Shown: in pieces, positions 14,580 to 31,637 of the stretch
How the letters are laid out: every line of letters begins with the position of its first letter
Position numbering within the stretch: the stretch's first letter is position 1
Origin: the human T2T-CHM13v2.0 reference genome, Homo sapiens
Direction: 5' to 3' (one strand)
DNA length: 64,000 nt
Assembly (NCBI RefSeq): GCF_009914755.1
Contig: NC_060930.1
Position numbers and translations under genes: made by a program
The notes under the pieces: generated by a model
Database searches by the model: none
What the model was told of the DNA's origin: nothing
What the model saw: only the letters and a program-made list of their open reading frames with translations

Positions 14580-15030
14580 GCTGCGTATCAGGTCAGGGTC
14601 TCAGCAGGAGACAGATGCCACTTTTAAATTAGGGTAATACGAGCAGATTTCTTCACAAAGGACTCTTTATAAAGGTGCGAGTGCAGGGGAGCCGGGAGGG
14701 ACAGTGCAGTAAGCAGGGGCTGGCTGCCGCAGGGCTGTGACCACCACGAGGGGAGGGGGTGCTGAGCCAAATTTGGAAGGAGAGAGTCAACTTGTAAGCA
14801 GCTTCCAGGAAAGAGTTGCCTGCAGTGCCCTGCAGGGATGGAGCGGTGGAATCAATTCCCCAACTGCACTTTGCCAGTGTCCTCTGATCTCCCGAGCCTC
14901 CCCTTAGCCAAATCCTACCTGACACCTGCGGGCAGGGAGCCCGAGTGATGGGGACCACGCAGGGCAGCCTCAGAGCAGGGTGGAGGAGGTGAAGAACCAA
15001 GGGTAAGCAGGAGATACTCAGCGTGTATCC
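14580..15030. mobile_element. LTR33-like (ERVL) remnant
   Basis: 'gtcagggtctcagcaggagacagatgccac...ttagggtaat...ggactctttataaaggtg'. Confidence 0.4.
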
Positions 15031-15544
15031 CTAGCAAATGTACACTTATTTATTAGTAAATTCTAAATGTGCAATTGTGCTAATATGTGCATTATAAAGT
15101 ATACAGAAAAAGGGGCGTTGAAAAGCATGTGGTAAAATAGATAGAAGTGGAAGTTCTATTCCATTTCTTCTGCCCCCAATAGATTCTTTCATGCCCCGTG
15201 GGGGTGTATTTTTCCTGCTTTGAGGAACACCATGTTCAAAGGCCAGTGCCCTGAAGGAGCACTCTGGGGTGATGGGAACATTATCTTGATCTGCATGGTG
15301 ATTATATGAGTGTATACACATGTAAAAGGTGCATGTGGCCGTGTCACACTGCACACCGATCTGGGACCAGTGGGTTCCCTTTTCTTCCATTGTTCATCCA
15401 GGAGGTGGGGCTGCCTGTAGCTCCAGGGCTACCTCCCTCACTGTCTTTTCTTCTCACTCCTCTTAGCCCATCCCTACAAGGCTGAAGTGGTCCAGCCCAG
15501 AGTGCCTGCCTCCCTGGGGAGGCCCAGCCACCTTGTTCGCTGAG

Positions 15545-15790
15545 AGTAATCATGAGTCACACGTATATAGCTCTTCGTATGTGCTGGGAGCAGCTCTAAG
15601 CACTGAATATGCATTCACTCATTTAATCCTCACAACAGCCTTGTGAACACTGGTATTGTCTTTACTTTCATTTTACAAACAAGGACACTGAAGCACAGAG
15701 AGGTCAAGTGACTCACCCAAAGCCACACAGCATGTAGAGGAGAGCCAGGACTTGCCCCAGGACCTGTGCTCCAATCCACATTGTGCAGCT
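15545..15790 (-). mobile_element. MIR
   Basis: 'catttaatcctcacaacagcc...cattttacaaacaaggacactgaagcacagagaggtcaagtgact'. Confidence 0.85.
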
Positions 15791-16345
15791 TCTTGTCTTC
15801 CCCAGGGCCAGAAAGAAAGTTACACTCAGGGCCTGTTCCCTTGAAGCCGATCTCTTTTTTCTCTGTCATTTTCCCCAAATTCCAGTTCTTTTCCTCTCAC
15901 ATGGCAATTGGTGTGGGACTGAGTCCAGGCCAGGGCTATCTTGGCGGCACTGTGGTAATTAATGAGCAGTGCCCTAGGGCAGGCAGCCTGGGAGGCAGAC
16001 TCAGGGCCTGGGGCTGCGCCTTTCTCCCGGCCAGCCTGGAGGCGGGAGAGGGAGAGGTTTCTGTTTGCCCAGACAACCCCCAGCAGGCTGGCTTCCTTCT
16101 CTCTCTCCCTCCCCACCACCTGCAATGAGTTGCTGCCCCAGCCCATGAGATGCACCATAGCCTTCCAGGCCCAGCAAAACCACACTCCGCCTTGTGAATC
16201 TGAGAGCCCGGATTCCCTCACTGCAACTCCGGGAAGGCAGGAACCATATCTGTCTTCCTCAGTGTCACCACCTGACACCTTCCTCAAAGGTGCTTTGGGA
16301 CACAGCATATACCAATGACTGCTAGACTCTGTGGAGGAACGTTAG

Positions 16346-16825
<480 letters not shown>

Positions 16826-18799
16826 TGATGAGCCCCCTCCCTGTGGGCTGGAAAAGAAAGTGTGGACCCTGGCTCATCAGCAGCATGAGATATGGGATGC
16901 AGCAGGGTGACGCTTGAGAGGCCTGCTTCCCCAGCTGCTGGGCACCATTCGTGCCCACCCGGTGGGGGAGAGCCTGCGGGTCATGGGCCTAGCGACAGCC
17001 TAGCATCAGAAGGCCCTGAGCAGACTGATCTCTGTCGCCTCACAAGACAGGTCACTTCCCTCCTGAGCTTCCAAGCCTTTACCTGAGCTGTTTTCTTGTC
17101 CCTTAAGTCTGTTGGTATTGAAGTCTGGGCGGCCTGACAGCCCTGGCAGGCAGCCCAGAGGCCAGCGCCCCAGGCAGACACTCTCTCTGCCTTATTTATG
17201 CAGCTTCGCGGCCGCTGCGATTGGGTGGCATTTGTGAGCACAAAAGAGAAGACTCGGGCATTCAGAAGGCCCTTTCAGCAAAGGGCGCCACAGGCCTGCT
17301 GGCTGGAAATTCTCCTGAGATCGGTTGGAGTCTATTTGCAGGCATGCAGGCATTTCTGTTTGCTTCCTGACCCTGGCCTCCTGGGCACTGGGGCGGGGAG
17401 GGGCAGGCCTCTGCATTCGGGGACAGGAAGGAGGGGGTTGGCACAGAGGTTTCTGCCAGAGCCTCCCTGCCTGGAGGACCTGGCCTTGTGGTCTTCCCCA
17501 GGCCCATGTGCCCTGCTTGCCTGCTCTCTCACCAACAGGGTGATGAGGTGGCATCCACTGGGGTCAGTCCTGTGCCACCTGGCCTCCCCCTCCCTGCCTC
17601 TGCAGCCCGCTGAGAAGTGAACAGAAGCTGCTGCAGTGTGGCTGGGAGTCAGCTAGGAAGGGCCAACCCCCTTAACTGGTGCCCCACGTGACTGAGGCTC
17701 CTTGGTCACATCATGATCTGTGGTACCCAGATCAAAGGTCCTGCCAGCAGTGCACCAAGCCCTCCTCTTGGCAGGAAGCAGCAGACTAGAGCAAGTGAGG
17801 GAGAGTCGAAGCTGGCGGGGGGGTTTTCCCAGACAACAGCCTGTCCCGTGCTGCTCCCTGCCAGCCCCAAATCAGGAGTCCCCCCACCCCCGCACCACCG
17901 TGTTTCTAGTCCTGAGAGTGATGGGCTGGGGGATGGAGCCTCTGAAAATTCCACGAAGGTATGGTGCCCGGTCCAGGCATGCCCTGTGGCCGTCTGTTGT
18001 TGATTTTTAAATCTGTTCACCCGGGAGTCCTAGTTCAGCTCAGCAGACAGCAGTATTTGCTTATTAATTTGTTTATTGATTTACTGGGTTGTACTTGGGG
18101 CTTCTCCCGGGAAGGACTCCAGACGCGCTGTGCCGCCCAGCATCCAGCCATCCGTCAGACTCAGGTTTGAGCTTAAGATGCCACAAGGCCTGCAGCGGGC
18201 AGACCTAGAGACAGTGCAAAACTCCCGGAGGATGGACTGGGCCATGGGGCACTGGAGAGACTGAGGGCAGTCGGGGAGGAGGGAGGCTGCCTGCAGCAGC
18301 TGCAGGACACAGGCACGCGGTACCGTGTGGGAATGGCGCCCCTGGAGTTGTGCAACTGGGCACTCCTGGTTTGGGCCTCTCCCTATAGAGCAAGGGTAAC
18401 AGATGTCTTCTCAGGAGAGGCCCTTCTCTGTCTCAGATCGTATTTAAGAGGCCTCCTTCCAGAGGCAGGGGATGGAGGAGAAAACCAGTCCAAGGTCTTC
18501 GGTGCCCCAGAGGCTCAGATTCATGTCTTCGGATGGGTTTTCCAACGTGCCAGGATTAAGTAAGGCGAGGGGTGTTTCTAGCAACAATTCTCTCAGCTCT
18601 TGCATAATAATGCTACATTTTTTTTAAAAACCTCTGAGGACACGTCTGTGGCTTTGTCGCCTTTCTGAGGCATATGCTGACTACAGATTGTGGCAGCAGG
18701 ATGGAGGGGAGGGGAGGAGAAGCGAGAGGAGGCCGCAGTGTCAGAACAGAATTCTGTCACGGATGTAGAAAGAGCCTTGCCTGAGGACTTGTAAGAGCG

Positions 18800-19570
18800 A
18801 GGTGGCTATGAATGTGGACTTGGCATGAGGCAGACCTGGCGTGAATCCTGGCTCCCTCATTTATGAGCTGGGCAATCTCAGGCAAGTTACTTACCCTTTC
18901 TGTGCTTCATCTCATCCATAAAGTGAGAGTCAGCTTGTCAGCCTCATAGGACTGATGTGAGGGTTATAGACGAGACAATGTAAGAAACACATTAGTATAT
19001 AATTAGTTGCTACCTCCTTATCACACATGTAAGATGGGTGATGTGATGCTTCCTGACGGAACTCTCATCCCTGAAATGAAAAGAGGGCCATGTCTGAGTA
19101 AACCCAAGGCTTCCCTTTTCAGATCCGCCTTTCTCTTTGGCTGCTCTGGACTTCCCTGGGCCTCCCTGGTGCTGTTATGTTTCCCTTTCCCTCCATGTCC
19201 AATATTAAAACCTCCTGATAGGTCTACAAGCCAGCATGGATGAACAGGAGGCCTTGGAGGATGCTGGGTGTGGACATGGGTGCTCAGGTCAGGAGAGGGA
19301 AGGGGCGGTGGGTGCCCTCAAACCCCGCTGCCTTGTGAGAGTGGAGCATGCAGGCTGAGGAGTCCCACTGCCCAGGCTCCACTCCTAGCCCTGCTGGGCA
19401 CTGCCGTGCATCCTTGAGCAAGCAGCCTAATCTCCCTGTGCCTGGTTTCTGTATCTGTGTAAGGAGGCTATGATAGTACTGCACTTAGCTCGGAGGGTCA
19501 TGAGGGTAAGCCAGCTAATGCGTGTTACACACTTAAAATATGAAGCACCCAGTATAGTTCCAAGTCCTCC
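18800..19570 (+). mobile_element. Two MIR copies (~18800-19015 and ~19340-19570)
   Basis: MIR cores 'caggcaagttacttaccctttctgtgc' and 'ccttgagcaagcagcctaatctccctgtgcctggtttc'. Confidence 0.7.
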
Positions 19571-20754
19571 CCAACATCTGCCATCATTCCTACCCCCTCC
19601 CTGAGCACACCACACTCTAGCCATGTCCAGTCGTGGCCTCTTTGCCTTTGCACTTGCTGTTCCTTACCCAGGAACGTTCTTCCTCCCAACCTGTCTAAGT
19701 CTTTCTCATCATTCAGAGCTTTGTTCCACTCACTTTGGAAAAATCTTTCTCAGTCCCTTGGGATAAAATTTACCCCCCCCCCCCTGCCGAACTCCCCAAC
19801 TCTCTGCATGTATCTATCTCAGTTATAGCACTGTCTTCCCTTTCCCTCCACCTCCCACCAAAGGCCTCCCCATTCTTCGGGACTTGATGTAGATATCACT
19901 CCCTCCAGGAAGTCTTCCTAGATCCCCTCCCACTGTTCCCTCCCCTGCGTTTCCTCCCACAATACTCTGTGTCTACACATCCTCACCACACTCTGATGGA
20001 TGGGTTGGTCTCTTTCTTTGTGTGCCTCCCCCAGCGGATTGTGAGCTTCTAGTGATGCGTCTGTATCAGTTAGCTTTAGCATGAGCTGTAGGTCATGAGT
20101 AGTACAACTCCAAATATTGGCTCATGCAATTTAGCAGTTTTATTCTTCTTTCGAAAGTCTGCAGTCTGGGGCTGGTTGGTGGCTTGGTTTGATATGGTCC
20201 TCTGAGGCCCAGACTCCTATTGTCTTGTTGTTCTGTGAGGGGTGACTTCCGTCTCCTCACAGTCCAATGTGGCTGCTTTAATTTCAGCCATTTCATCTAC
20301 TTTTCAGTCACCTGGGGGAAGAGTGAGTGCCAGCCATCCCTTAAGGAGTTTCAGAAGCTAGCACTTGACACTTCGCACTGTATTGGTCTGAATTTAGTGA
20401 AAGGGCTATGTCTAGCTGCAAGAGAGGCTGAGAAATCTAGTCTTTATTCTGTATGGCTATGTGCCTGGCCAAGAATTCCAGGAATAGGGAAGAAGGGGAG
20501 AGTGGAATGGGGGCAACCAGTAGTCTCTGCCATAGGGCCCTTGCCGCATTCATCCCTATGTTGTGCCCAAGCCACCCCATAGCACATTACCTGGCACATA
20601 GTAAACACTCCATGTTTGCAGAAAGAAAGGCCTGTATTGACAGTTATAGCACATGCGTTTGCCTCCTTGACTGGAGTAGGTGTGTGGCGGCTGCTGATTG
20701 ATCCATGTGTTCGCCTCCCCAGTTCACTCATTCAACAAATATTTGTGCTTCCTA

Positions 20755-21822
<1,068 letters not shown>

Positions 21823-23105
21823 TCCAAATTGCTTCTGAGGACTAACTCGTGCAAGCTGGGTCCCCACATTAGTCACCTCTGTCTTACAGGCGAGGAAACT
21901 GAGGTACAGAAAGGTCAAATGACTCACTATGGTCGCACGGCTTATGTGAGGCAGAGCTGGGTTTGACCTGGGTGGTCTGCTGGAGAGCCCACCACTGCCT
22001 CTAGCACCCTTGCGCTCCAGTGCCCTCGCTGCACACCTTGCCCTGTGCCCTGCTTTCCTCAGTTAACAGAACCACAGATATTTCCCGTAGTTTCTGTCAT
22101 CACCATCTGTGGTGGCTCCACAGGGAAGGGCGAAGCAGAGCAGCTGCAGTCTGCAGTAAATGGGGGGAAAGGAGGGGCTTGTGGTTTCCTTGTGGGGTCA
22201 ATAAGGATTTGTGGGCACTTGCCTGGGTGGGGCCTTTGGTGAATGGAGCCGGGGCCCTCCTGGCCTGGCTATGTTCTCACTGCCCCTCTTTGATTCTCCC
22301 CCTGGGGCCTGCCTGCCTCCTCAGGCCCTCTCCGAAGTCCAAAGGGAGGCTGCAGGGCCTCGAGCCCTCCCCACCTCCCTTGTCTTGTCCTGTGACTGAC
22401 TTCCAGACCTCAGAGATGTCTTTCCACCTCAGCCAGGGGAGGCGTGAGGGTCCCCCACCCACACCCCGTGGAACACATTTGTCTTCCCAAATCTTTTCCC
22501 AGCCCCAGGGAAAGGGAAAAAAAAGAGAAGGGGGAAGAAGAGAGCTCTGGGGGAAGGAAAGCTCACCAAAAATGAGATGCTGGGGCTCACGTCTCTGCTA
22601 CTTCCTGACACCTCACCTTTCCCCAGTGGCCTGCTGTTGTCCTTCAGGGGAGTGGGGCTGCCCCGCACACCTGCTCCATTACTGGGAACGTTACATTGCA
22701 CAGGGGAGGACGCTGGGGCTTGAGGAGGGCGGGTCCCTGGCTCCACTGGCTAGTCAGTGGAAGGGTAGAGATTAAAATTCTGCCCCTGGTGTGGTGGGTG
22801 GGGAAGGAGCAGAACACGGCTGCCTATTTTGCAGATGGGCACATTGAGGGCTAGACATTTAGTTAAGTGACCCTGCCCATAAACCACAGGTTGCACAATG
22901 AGTCAGGAATGGAACTTGTGTGTGGGGGACTCTCAGTCCACAGTGGGCCTTTCTGATTTCACCTCTGGCCCCACAAGTTTGGTTTCTGAGACCCCAAGGA
23001 TCTTAAAGCACCTAAGGTAAACCTGTGGACTTCAGTAAGTGCTTGTGGCCAGGATGGTTCCTGGCAAGCATCGTGTGAAATGCTGTGGAGGACAAAAAAA
23101 GAAAG

Positions 23106-23424
<319 letters not shown>

Positions 23425-23539
23425 TCATTGATGGTGGTGATGGTGTGTTTCCAATCAGGTTGGTGAGATGAGTACTTGGAAATAGGAAACTCTTCGAACA
23501 CTGACTATTTCAATATGTGGTAATGCCCCTGAGTGCCTT

Positions 23540-24100
23540 GAGAGCTGGGATGGATCAGAGCAGTTAAGAAAGCTTCCTGGAGGAGGAGGATTTGAGCTGG
23601 ACCTTAAGAAGTGCTAGGAACTAAACTCATATCTGGAGGATGAAGATTGGGGGGAGCGTGGGAATGGCAGCTTGAGTCAAGGCACAGAGGTAGGTCTGAG
23701 GTGGTGTGTGCCAAGTACGATGCAGAGCTTGGCGTGATTGGGGTGGCCTTGCTGGAGAGGAGTGGGTAATGACTCTGGAGAGGAAATGAGGGGTCAGATG
23801 GTGGAGGAGTTTGGTAGAGCAGTAGAGGCATTTAGACTTAGTTCTGTAGTCCAGGGAAGACTGACATTCAGTGTGGGCGGCTGCAATCTCTGCTCCTTCA
23901 TTCATGGCAGACATGGATCATTGATCACTGCACGCTCCCTGCTGAACCCACACAAGGCCTCAGAGATCTGTTCCACCCAGAGCTCCAGGCAGTCCCCACC
24001 TATGGTCTGCCGTTGAGAGGAAACATCATTGTTGTGGGTAATTGGGAGCCACTGCATGTTCTTGAGCAGGAGAATGGGTGTCAGAACAGGTTTTGTGTTC
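23540..24100 (-). mobile_element. L2 fragment
   Basis: 'agcttcctggaggaggaggatttgagctggaccttaag' and 'gggagccactgcatgttcttgagcagg' are L2-like. Confidence 0.55.
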
Positions 24101-24281
24101 CTGGATCCTGGGTGAACTGCTTGTCTTGATCCCACCAACCTTGACTCAGTTGCATTGGGGGATGGGCCCTCTGAAGACCCCAGGGCAGTGGGGTCTCTGA
24201 CTTCACCCTGTAAACTCACCTAGTCCAGACCTGTCCCCCTAGGGAGAGGGCCCAGCTTTCTCATCGCAGAAACCGGGCAGA

Positions 24282-24565
24282 GGCCGGGGGTGGTGGCTCA
24301 AGCCTGTACTTCCAGCACTTTGGGAGGCCAAGGTCAGGAGTTTGAGACCAGCCTGGCCAACATGGCAAAACCCTGTCTCTACTAAAAATACAAAAATTGG
24401 CTGGGAGTGATTGTGCGTGTCTGTAATCCAAGCTACTCAGGAGGCTGAGGCAGGAGAATCATCTGAACCCAGGAGGTAGAGGTTGCAGTGAGCCGAGATC
24501 ACGCCACTGCCCCCTAGCCTGGGCAACACAGTGAGAGTCCGTCTCAAAAAAAAAAAAAAAAAAAA
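24282..24565 (+). mobile_element. AluS with short left-arm deletion
   Basis: 'gaggccaagg|tcaggag'; TSD agaaaccgggcaga/agaaactgagcaga. Confidence 0.93.
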
Positions 24566-24812
24566 GAAACTGAGCAGAGACAGAAGTGGTCACGCCACTC
24601 AGGCAAGATTAAATTCTGAATGAGAACCTGGTTGGCTGCCTTCCTGTTGAGGGGAAGAGGAGGCCAGGGTTGGGTGGGCACCGCCACCAATCCAGATTCT
24701 AATTTAGTGAGTTTAAATGCACCTTTAAAATGCATACAGGCCCAAACAAAACTCATCTGTCATGGTTTTCAGGGTGAGAAAGATCCATCTATCCACCACC
24801 GATATGTATCTG

Positions 24813-24827
24813 AGTGTGTGTGTGGGG

Positions 24828-24875
<48 letters not shown>
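24813..24875. repeat. (TG)n(TA)n microsatellite
   Basis: Directly visible. Confidence 0.95.
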
Positions 24876-25040
24876 TTTAAACGTATATTTTTTTCTTCCC
24901 CCAAAGTAAGTATCAATTCTCAGTGACTGTAAACAGGCCATATGAATGGTCTCAGGCATCCCAACTTCTGATTTCAACCATGCAGATAGGACTCTGAAAT
25001 GACATTCCGCTATGGTTTGGGGCTGGTTCGTCATTGCTGA

Positions 25041-25100
25041 TGTGTGTGTGTATGTGTGTATGTATGTGTGTGTGTGTGTGTGTGTTCTTGTGTGCGTGTT
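25041..25100. repeat. Interrupted (TG)n microsatellite
   Basis: Directly visible. Confidence 0.9.
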
Positions 25101-27043
25101 GGAATGGGTCAGTGAGAGGCACAGGTACCGGAAAGGTGGAAATAAAAATGGAGTCTTTCCACCTTCTGGGAGCTGCCATGGCCACAGAGTGAATGTGTGC
25201 GTCAGTTGTGGGTCTTGGAGGCTGGCCAGGGGAGAGGGAGCTTCGACTTGCCTGGAGTAGGGAGCTGCAGGGACCCCGCTTTGCAGGCCCCTGGACCCGC
25301 ACCCCCCCTCCATACTGCAGCTTTGTCCCACCTGGGGAGGCTTGTTGCTAATCCCGCTGCCTGGTGAGTGCTAGGTCCGTGAGCGGCTGAGAGATATGTT
25401 TATTTCCTTTTAATATTGTTCAGGGTTCAATTTACCCAGTGGCATGTGAATAAATAAATAAGAAAACCAGACCTTTGACGGGGGAAATATGGAGCTTTCC
25501 TCCTATATTTCTGAGTAATATCTCAAAACTTTTGTGACTCATGAGGGCCCGCAGTGTTTGGCTAAGGAAAAGAAAAAAAAACATGGAAAAGAAAAACATC
25601 TCGTTTCCTATATTTGTCAACAGTTTTATAGCAAGTGGAGAATATTCCATATAATGTGGCCCCATGTACCATCTGTGCCGACACCAGGTTCCCCGAGGTC
25701 TGTGGCTGTGTCTGAACTCAGGGAAGTATAACCTGTATAATTGTATCTCTGTAAAGGGGACTGTTTTCTACTGCCCAGAACCCATTACCCACCAAATCTC
25801 CTGACACTAATCTCCTAGGCCTCGAAGATCTAGGCGTGGGGGTGGGGAGTTATTGCACAAAAATCTTTCAAATGCTCTGGCTCAGAACATAGCAGCAGTT
25901 AAGAAAAGAAAAAAAAAGGCAAATGAGGGAGAAGCTGTTACAGGCGAATGAGGTAGTCGGAGGCAAGAGCAGTGAGGTGAGGATGACAACTATACATTTG
26001 TCATCTGTGTACCTGTAAGACTTTGCTGAGACCCTACCGTGTGCAAGGCATTGAGCAAGGCATGAGGAGAGCAGAGCAGATAGCAATAACAGCAGCAACA
26101 ATGCCATCATGGTAATAGTCATAATAAAGTGGCTACCTCCTAGGTACTTACTAGGAGCTGGTCGCGGTGCTAGACTGAGTGGCTCAGAGTTGAGCGGCTG
26201 AGCTTCTTGTTCTCAGGGAGTTTGCAATCTGGTGGAGGAGGAGGGATTGGGCTCAAGCGCCTGCTGAAAAATCCAAGGAGAGTTCTGGTCTTGAAGGATA
26301 GTTTAGACAACCTCAATTAGGGAATTTTTAGAAATTTTGAAATTCAGATTCTGATGAATGCTTGCAATTTCAACACTGTCTTTCTAAGGGACTAAGGGCC
26401 AAAGTGACCAGGAACACTGATAATTTAGGCTTTCATGGGGTAATCTGCCAAATTTATCACAGATGGGATGGGCAAAGGAGTGAGGAGAGGAGGGGGCTGG
26501 GGAAATATGACTGGGTGAAAAGGGGACATTCAGAGCTCAGAGAAAGGCGGGGGCAGGAAGAGAAGGGGGTGAGGAGACATCTGACCATGTGGCTGTGAAA
26601 TGAATCAGGCCTGTGGCATGCAGATAACAGAGCTGGGGGATCCCAAGTCCCCCAGCCCAGGGTGCAGTTTTGGGAAAGGAACAGATGGGGGCAGTTGGCT
26701 GGCCAGGAGGCGGGTGCAGTGTTAACTGAGGTCTTCTGCATCCTGAAAGGAATCAGTGAAGGTGACTGAGAGTGAAATTGCTCCTTCAGTTGCAGGACAG
26801 AGTTTGAGGATGTGCTTCCCAAGGAGGGAGCAGGGAGAGGCAGGGGTCTGAGTGGAAACCAAGCGGTGGGTGGTGGGTGGAGGGAGATGGCGGGGAAATG
26901 CAGTCCTCAGGGGGCTCCCTGTCTCAGGCCTGAGTGGTGGATGACAATGAAGAGCCAGTTGGGGAGCTGTCCACACCTCGGGTGCTGAGATGAATTCCTA
27001 GAAATAGCCCTTTCTGGTCCATAGAAGTTGAGATCCTCCTACA

Positions 27044-27555
<512 letters not shown>

Positions 27556-28724
27556 TTCTCAATAGCTCTTCCTGTCCCCAATCCCAGGGCCCCAGTCCTT
27601 CCTCTGCAGTGCACACCCTGCACACAGCTCTGCCAGGCACTCAACCCCTGCTTCTGAAAGCACCAGAAGTTCGTTTTCTCATCCATGCTGAGCTCCACGA
27701 GGGAGGGCAATATCTTACTCAACTCTAAACTGCAAGTGCCCAGCACAGACCCTGGCACACAGTAGGTATGCAGGAAATCTTGTTAATAAGCAGATGGAAG
27801 GATGGATGGATGAATGCTAGAGCGGCAGCCAATGTGGTCTTTTAAAAACATAAATGAAATCAGGTCACTTTCTGGCTTAAAACTCTCCAAAGTCTCCCAG
27901 CATCTTTAGAATGAAATCCAACTCCTTATTATGGCTGATGGCCCTTGGCCTGGACCTTGTGACCTCATCACTCTAATTTATCCTGCTGTCCCCCTCAGCT
28001 GCTGTTCTTTGTCTCCCAAATACCCCCAAGTTCATTCCCGCCTCAAGCCTTTGCACACTGTACCCTCTTCCTGGAGTGCTCTTTACTCATATTGCCACAC
28101 AATGGGCTTTTCTCCCTTTTCTCCCTTTTCTCAGGGCTTGACACCTCTTCAGAGAGGCCTTCCCTGACTACCCACCTAAAGCATCACCTCCCACCCTGTT
28201 CTATTGCCCTGTTGGTTGGGTCAGTTGTTTTCCTCTTCATGGCATGAGTACAGGTGCCAAAAGTGTACTGGGAGGGATGTCCCCCATTTCCATATGTCCC
28301 TCCCAATGTCCTTCCACAGAAAAGAAAAATAACCCTTCATATACACAACTGACATTGCCTCAATTTTTGAAAACCTTCCTGTATTTGGATTTTAAGTAGA
28401 ATCATTGTGTGTACTTAGCAGACTCAGCTTTAAGATGAACTCCCTTCTAATCATCTCGTTGCCTCCGAGTCCCCTTTGGATAGGACTACTGGAACCGTCA
28501 TGGACCAAGCCCCCTTAATCCTACCATGGTGGGAGTTATGGACCTGGGGTGAGAGATATTGGCCACTTGGAGAGGAAACCAGTTATGGGCCAAGACTAAC
28601 ATGTTCAGAGAAATGAGGGAAGGATGAGTGCTTTGAGACTGGAGTGCAAGGTGCATTCTGGTTAATCAGAGAAGGCATTTACAATGCACTAGGAAGATTT
28701 TGAAGGGATGAAGACAACTAAGAT

Positions 28725-28950
28725 AACCATAATAATAGTTATCCTGTATAGTGCTTGACTCCATGCCAAGCACTGTTCTAAAAGCTTTGCTCATATTCAT
28801 TTAATCATAAGAACCCTCTGAGATGGGTTCTGTTTTCACCCTCATTTTACAGGCATGGAAACTGAGGCACAGAGAGGTGAAGTAGCCTCTGCAAAGCTCC
28901 CCACTAGTAAGAGGTTGAGGCAGGATTCCAACCCAGGAAATCTGGTTTGA
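28725..28950 (-). mobile_element. MIR
   Basis: 'cattttacaggcatggaaactgaggcacagagaggtgaagt'. Confidence 0.85.
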
Positions 28951-29393
<443 letters not shown>

Positions 29394-30413
29394 TCATCTC
29401 CGTTTTCTAGGTGAGGGTGCCGAAGCTGGTTAAGCAAACCACCCGAGGCTCCACAAAGAGGAAGAGGCAGAGTAGGGCTCAAAGCCCTGCCACCAAGCCT
29501 GCCTGCCTGTAGGAAAGCCTTCGGGGTCCCTGTGCCCCAACCATAGACCCCGTGCCCTGGCCGCAGGAAAATAGAGGACATTTGGGGAATGACAGTGAAA
29601 AGCCGGCAGGCAGGCGGCGTCCTGCTGCTCTCCCCCAGCCCACTCTCTCCCAGCCGTAAGATATATATAGTGCCAATGGAGAAACAACACGATTCGGGTG
29701 TTTGTCTGTAGCCCCTTCTGCAGATCCATCACAGAGCAGTGCTTGGTGCAAGATTTTGCAAACAGCTTGAGATTACTGAATTAATTAGAATAAAATTAAT
29801 CAAAACACCCACCACAAAGGAACCTGAGCGTGTGGAGTGTGACTTGGGTGAGGGAGGAGGCGCAGCAGAGAGAGGGCATGGCAGGCTGGACTGGCTTCCT
29901 GCCTGGAGCCTGCTGGGGCAGGCCAAAAGCCTGAGGGGTGGGACCCAGATTCCTGCCCGCACTCCCACATGTTCCCCAGCCCCCGAGTCTGCACACTGGG
30001 TCTCTGTCCAGGCAGTACATTCTGTGGAGACTGAGCTTGGATCCTGGTGGGTGTTGGGCTGAGCCTTTAAGGAGGTGATGAATGGGAGGGGGGTCACCTG
30101 GCAGACAGTGCAACAGATTAGAGATCAGAAGACCCAGAACTCTGAGCATCATTATCCAGTTTTCCAGGATGGATAGTTTTGACTTTACTCACCTGCTTGT
30201 CCTTGTAAGTTGTACAAAACAGACCAGACATAAAGAGCATGAATCCCGGGCTAGACTGCCTGGGTTCAAAGCTTGGCTCTACTGCCTGCGAGCTATGTGA
30301 CCTCAAGCACTGACTAGCTGTGTACTCTCTCCGAGTCCTGGTTTCCTCATTTGTCAAATGCAGGTGCTAATAGCACTTCCCTTATGAAAACTGGTATACA
30401 GCAGTTGCTATAA

Positions 30414-30886
<473 letters not shown>

Positions 30887-31637
30887 CCATAAACATTTAT
30901 TAAGCTCCCACGATGTGCCTGACACTAGACCAGAGCTTGGGGATGAAAAGCTAAAATCCAGCCCCTGCCTTTGCGGGGATCAGAGTTCAGGGGATGCTTC
31001 ACAGAGAGCTTTGAGTCGCAGTTCTTGGGGCATGCAAGTCTGGGAAAGGCATTCCAAGCAGGGGGAACGGCATGTACAAAGCATTGCCACCAGAGTGAGT
31101 ATCCTAAAACCTGAATTTGATCAAGTCACGTAAGTTATGTCCTGGTTCAAGAACCTGGAATCAGCCCTGTTAGCTCACTGTAGTCAATATTGTAGTCAAT
31201 ATAAAGCCCTTTGCTTGGGTTTCAGGCCTCCCAAAATCTGCCTTCCAACACCCTCCTTCAACTGGGGGGCTTAGTGCCAATCTCCTCTCCTGTAAAATGA
31301 TAGAGTTATCATGGAACTTAAATGGTTATGTGTATACAGCAGGTGCTTGGTAAGTGAGCCCCTCCTCCCCTGCCAACACTCACTAAGGCTGCTTGGTCTG
31401 GTTCTCTTTGTTTCAAGTTGTGCAGGAGGCAGCCCCACGCAGAGTTTAGAGCGCTGGTCCTGGAGTGGACAGAGTGATTTCTCATCCTGGCTTTTCCTCC
31501 AATGCAGGACTCCTGTGCCTTTTCCAAGGGATCCTCCCTTTATTTCTGCATCTGCAAAACGAAATGTGGAATTTCTCAATAGGGTACTGTGGACAAGTTG
31601 GGGGAAGGAATATCCCATGCAGGGTACAACAATTTAG

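Noticed and set aside
22020-22775. 251-aa ORF
   Set aside because: Non-ATG start, no recognisable domain, composition typical of chance ORFs in GC-rich DNA.
25868-26122. Signal-peptide-like 'MMALLLLLLLSALLSSCLAQ' ORF
   Set aside because: Arises from low-complexity (AGC/AAT) sequence and L2/MIR-like remnants.
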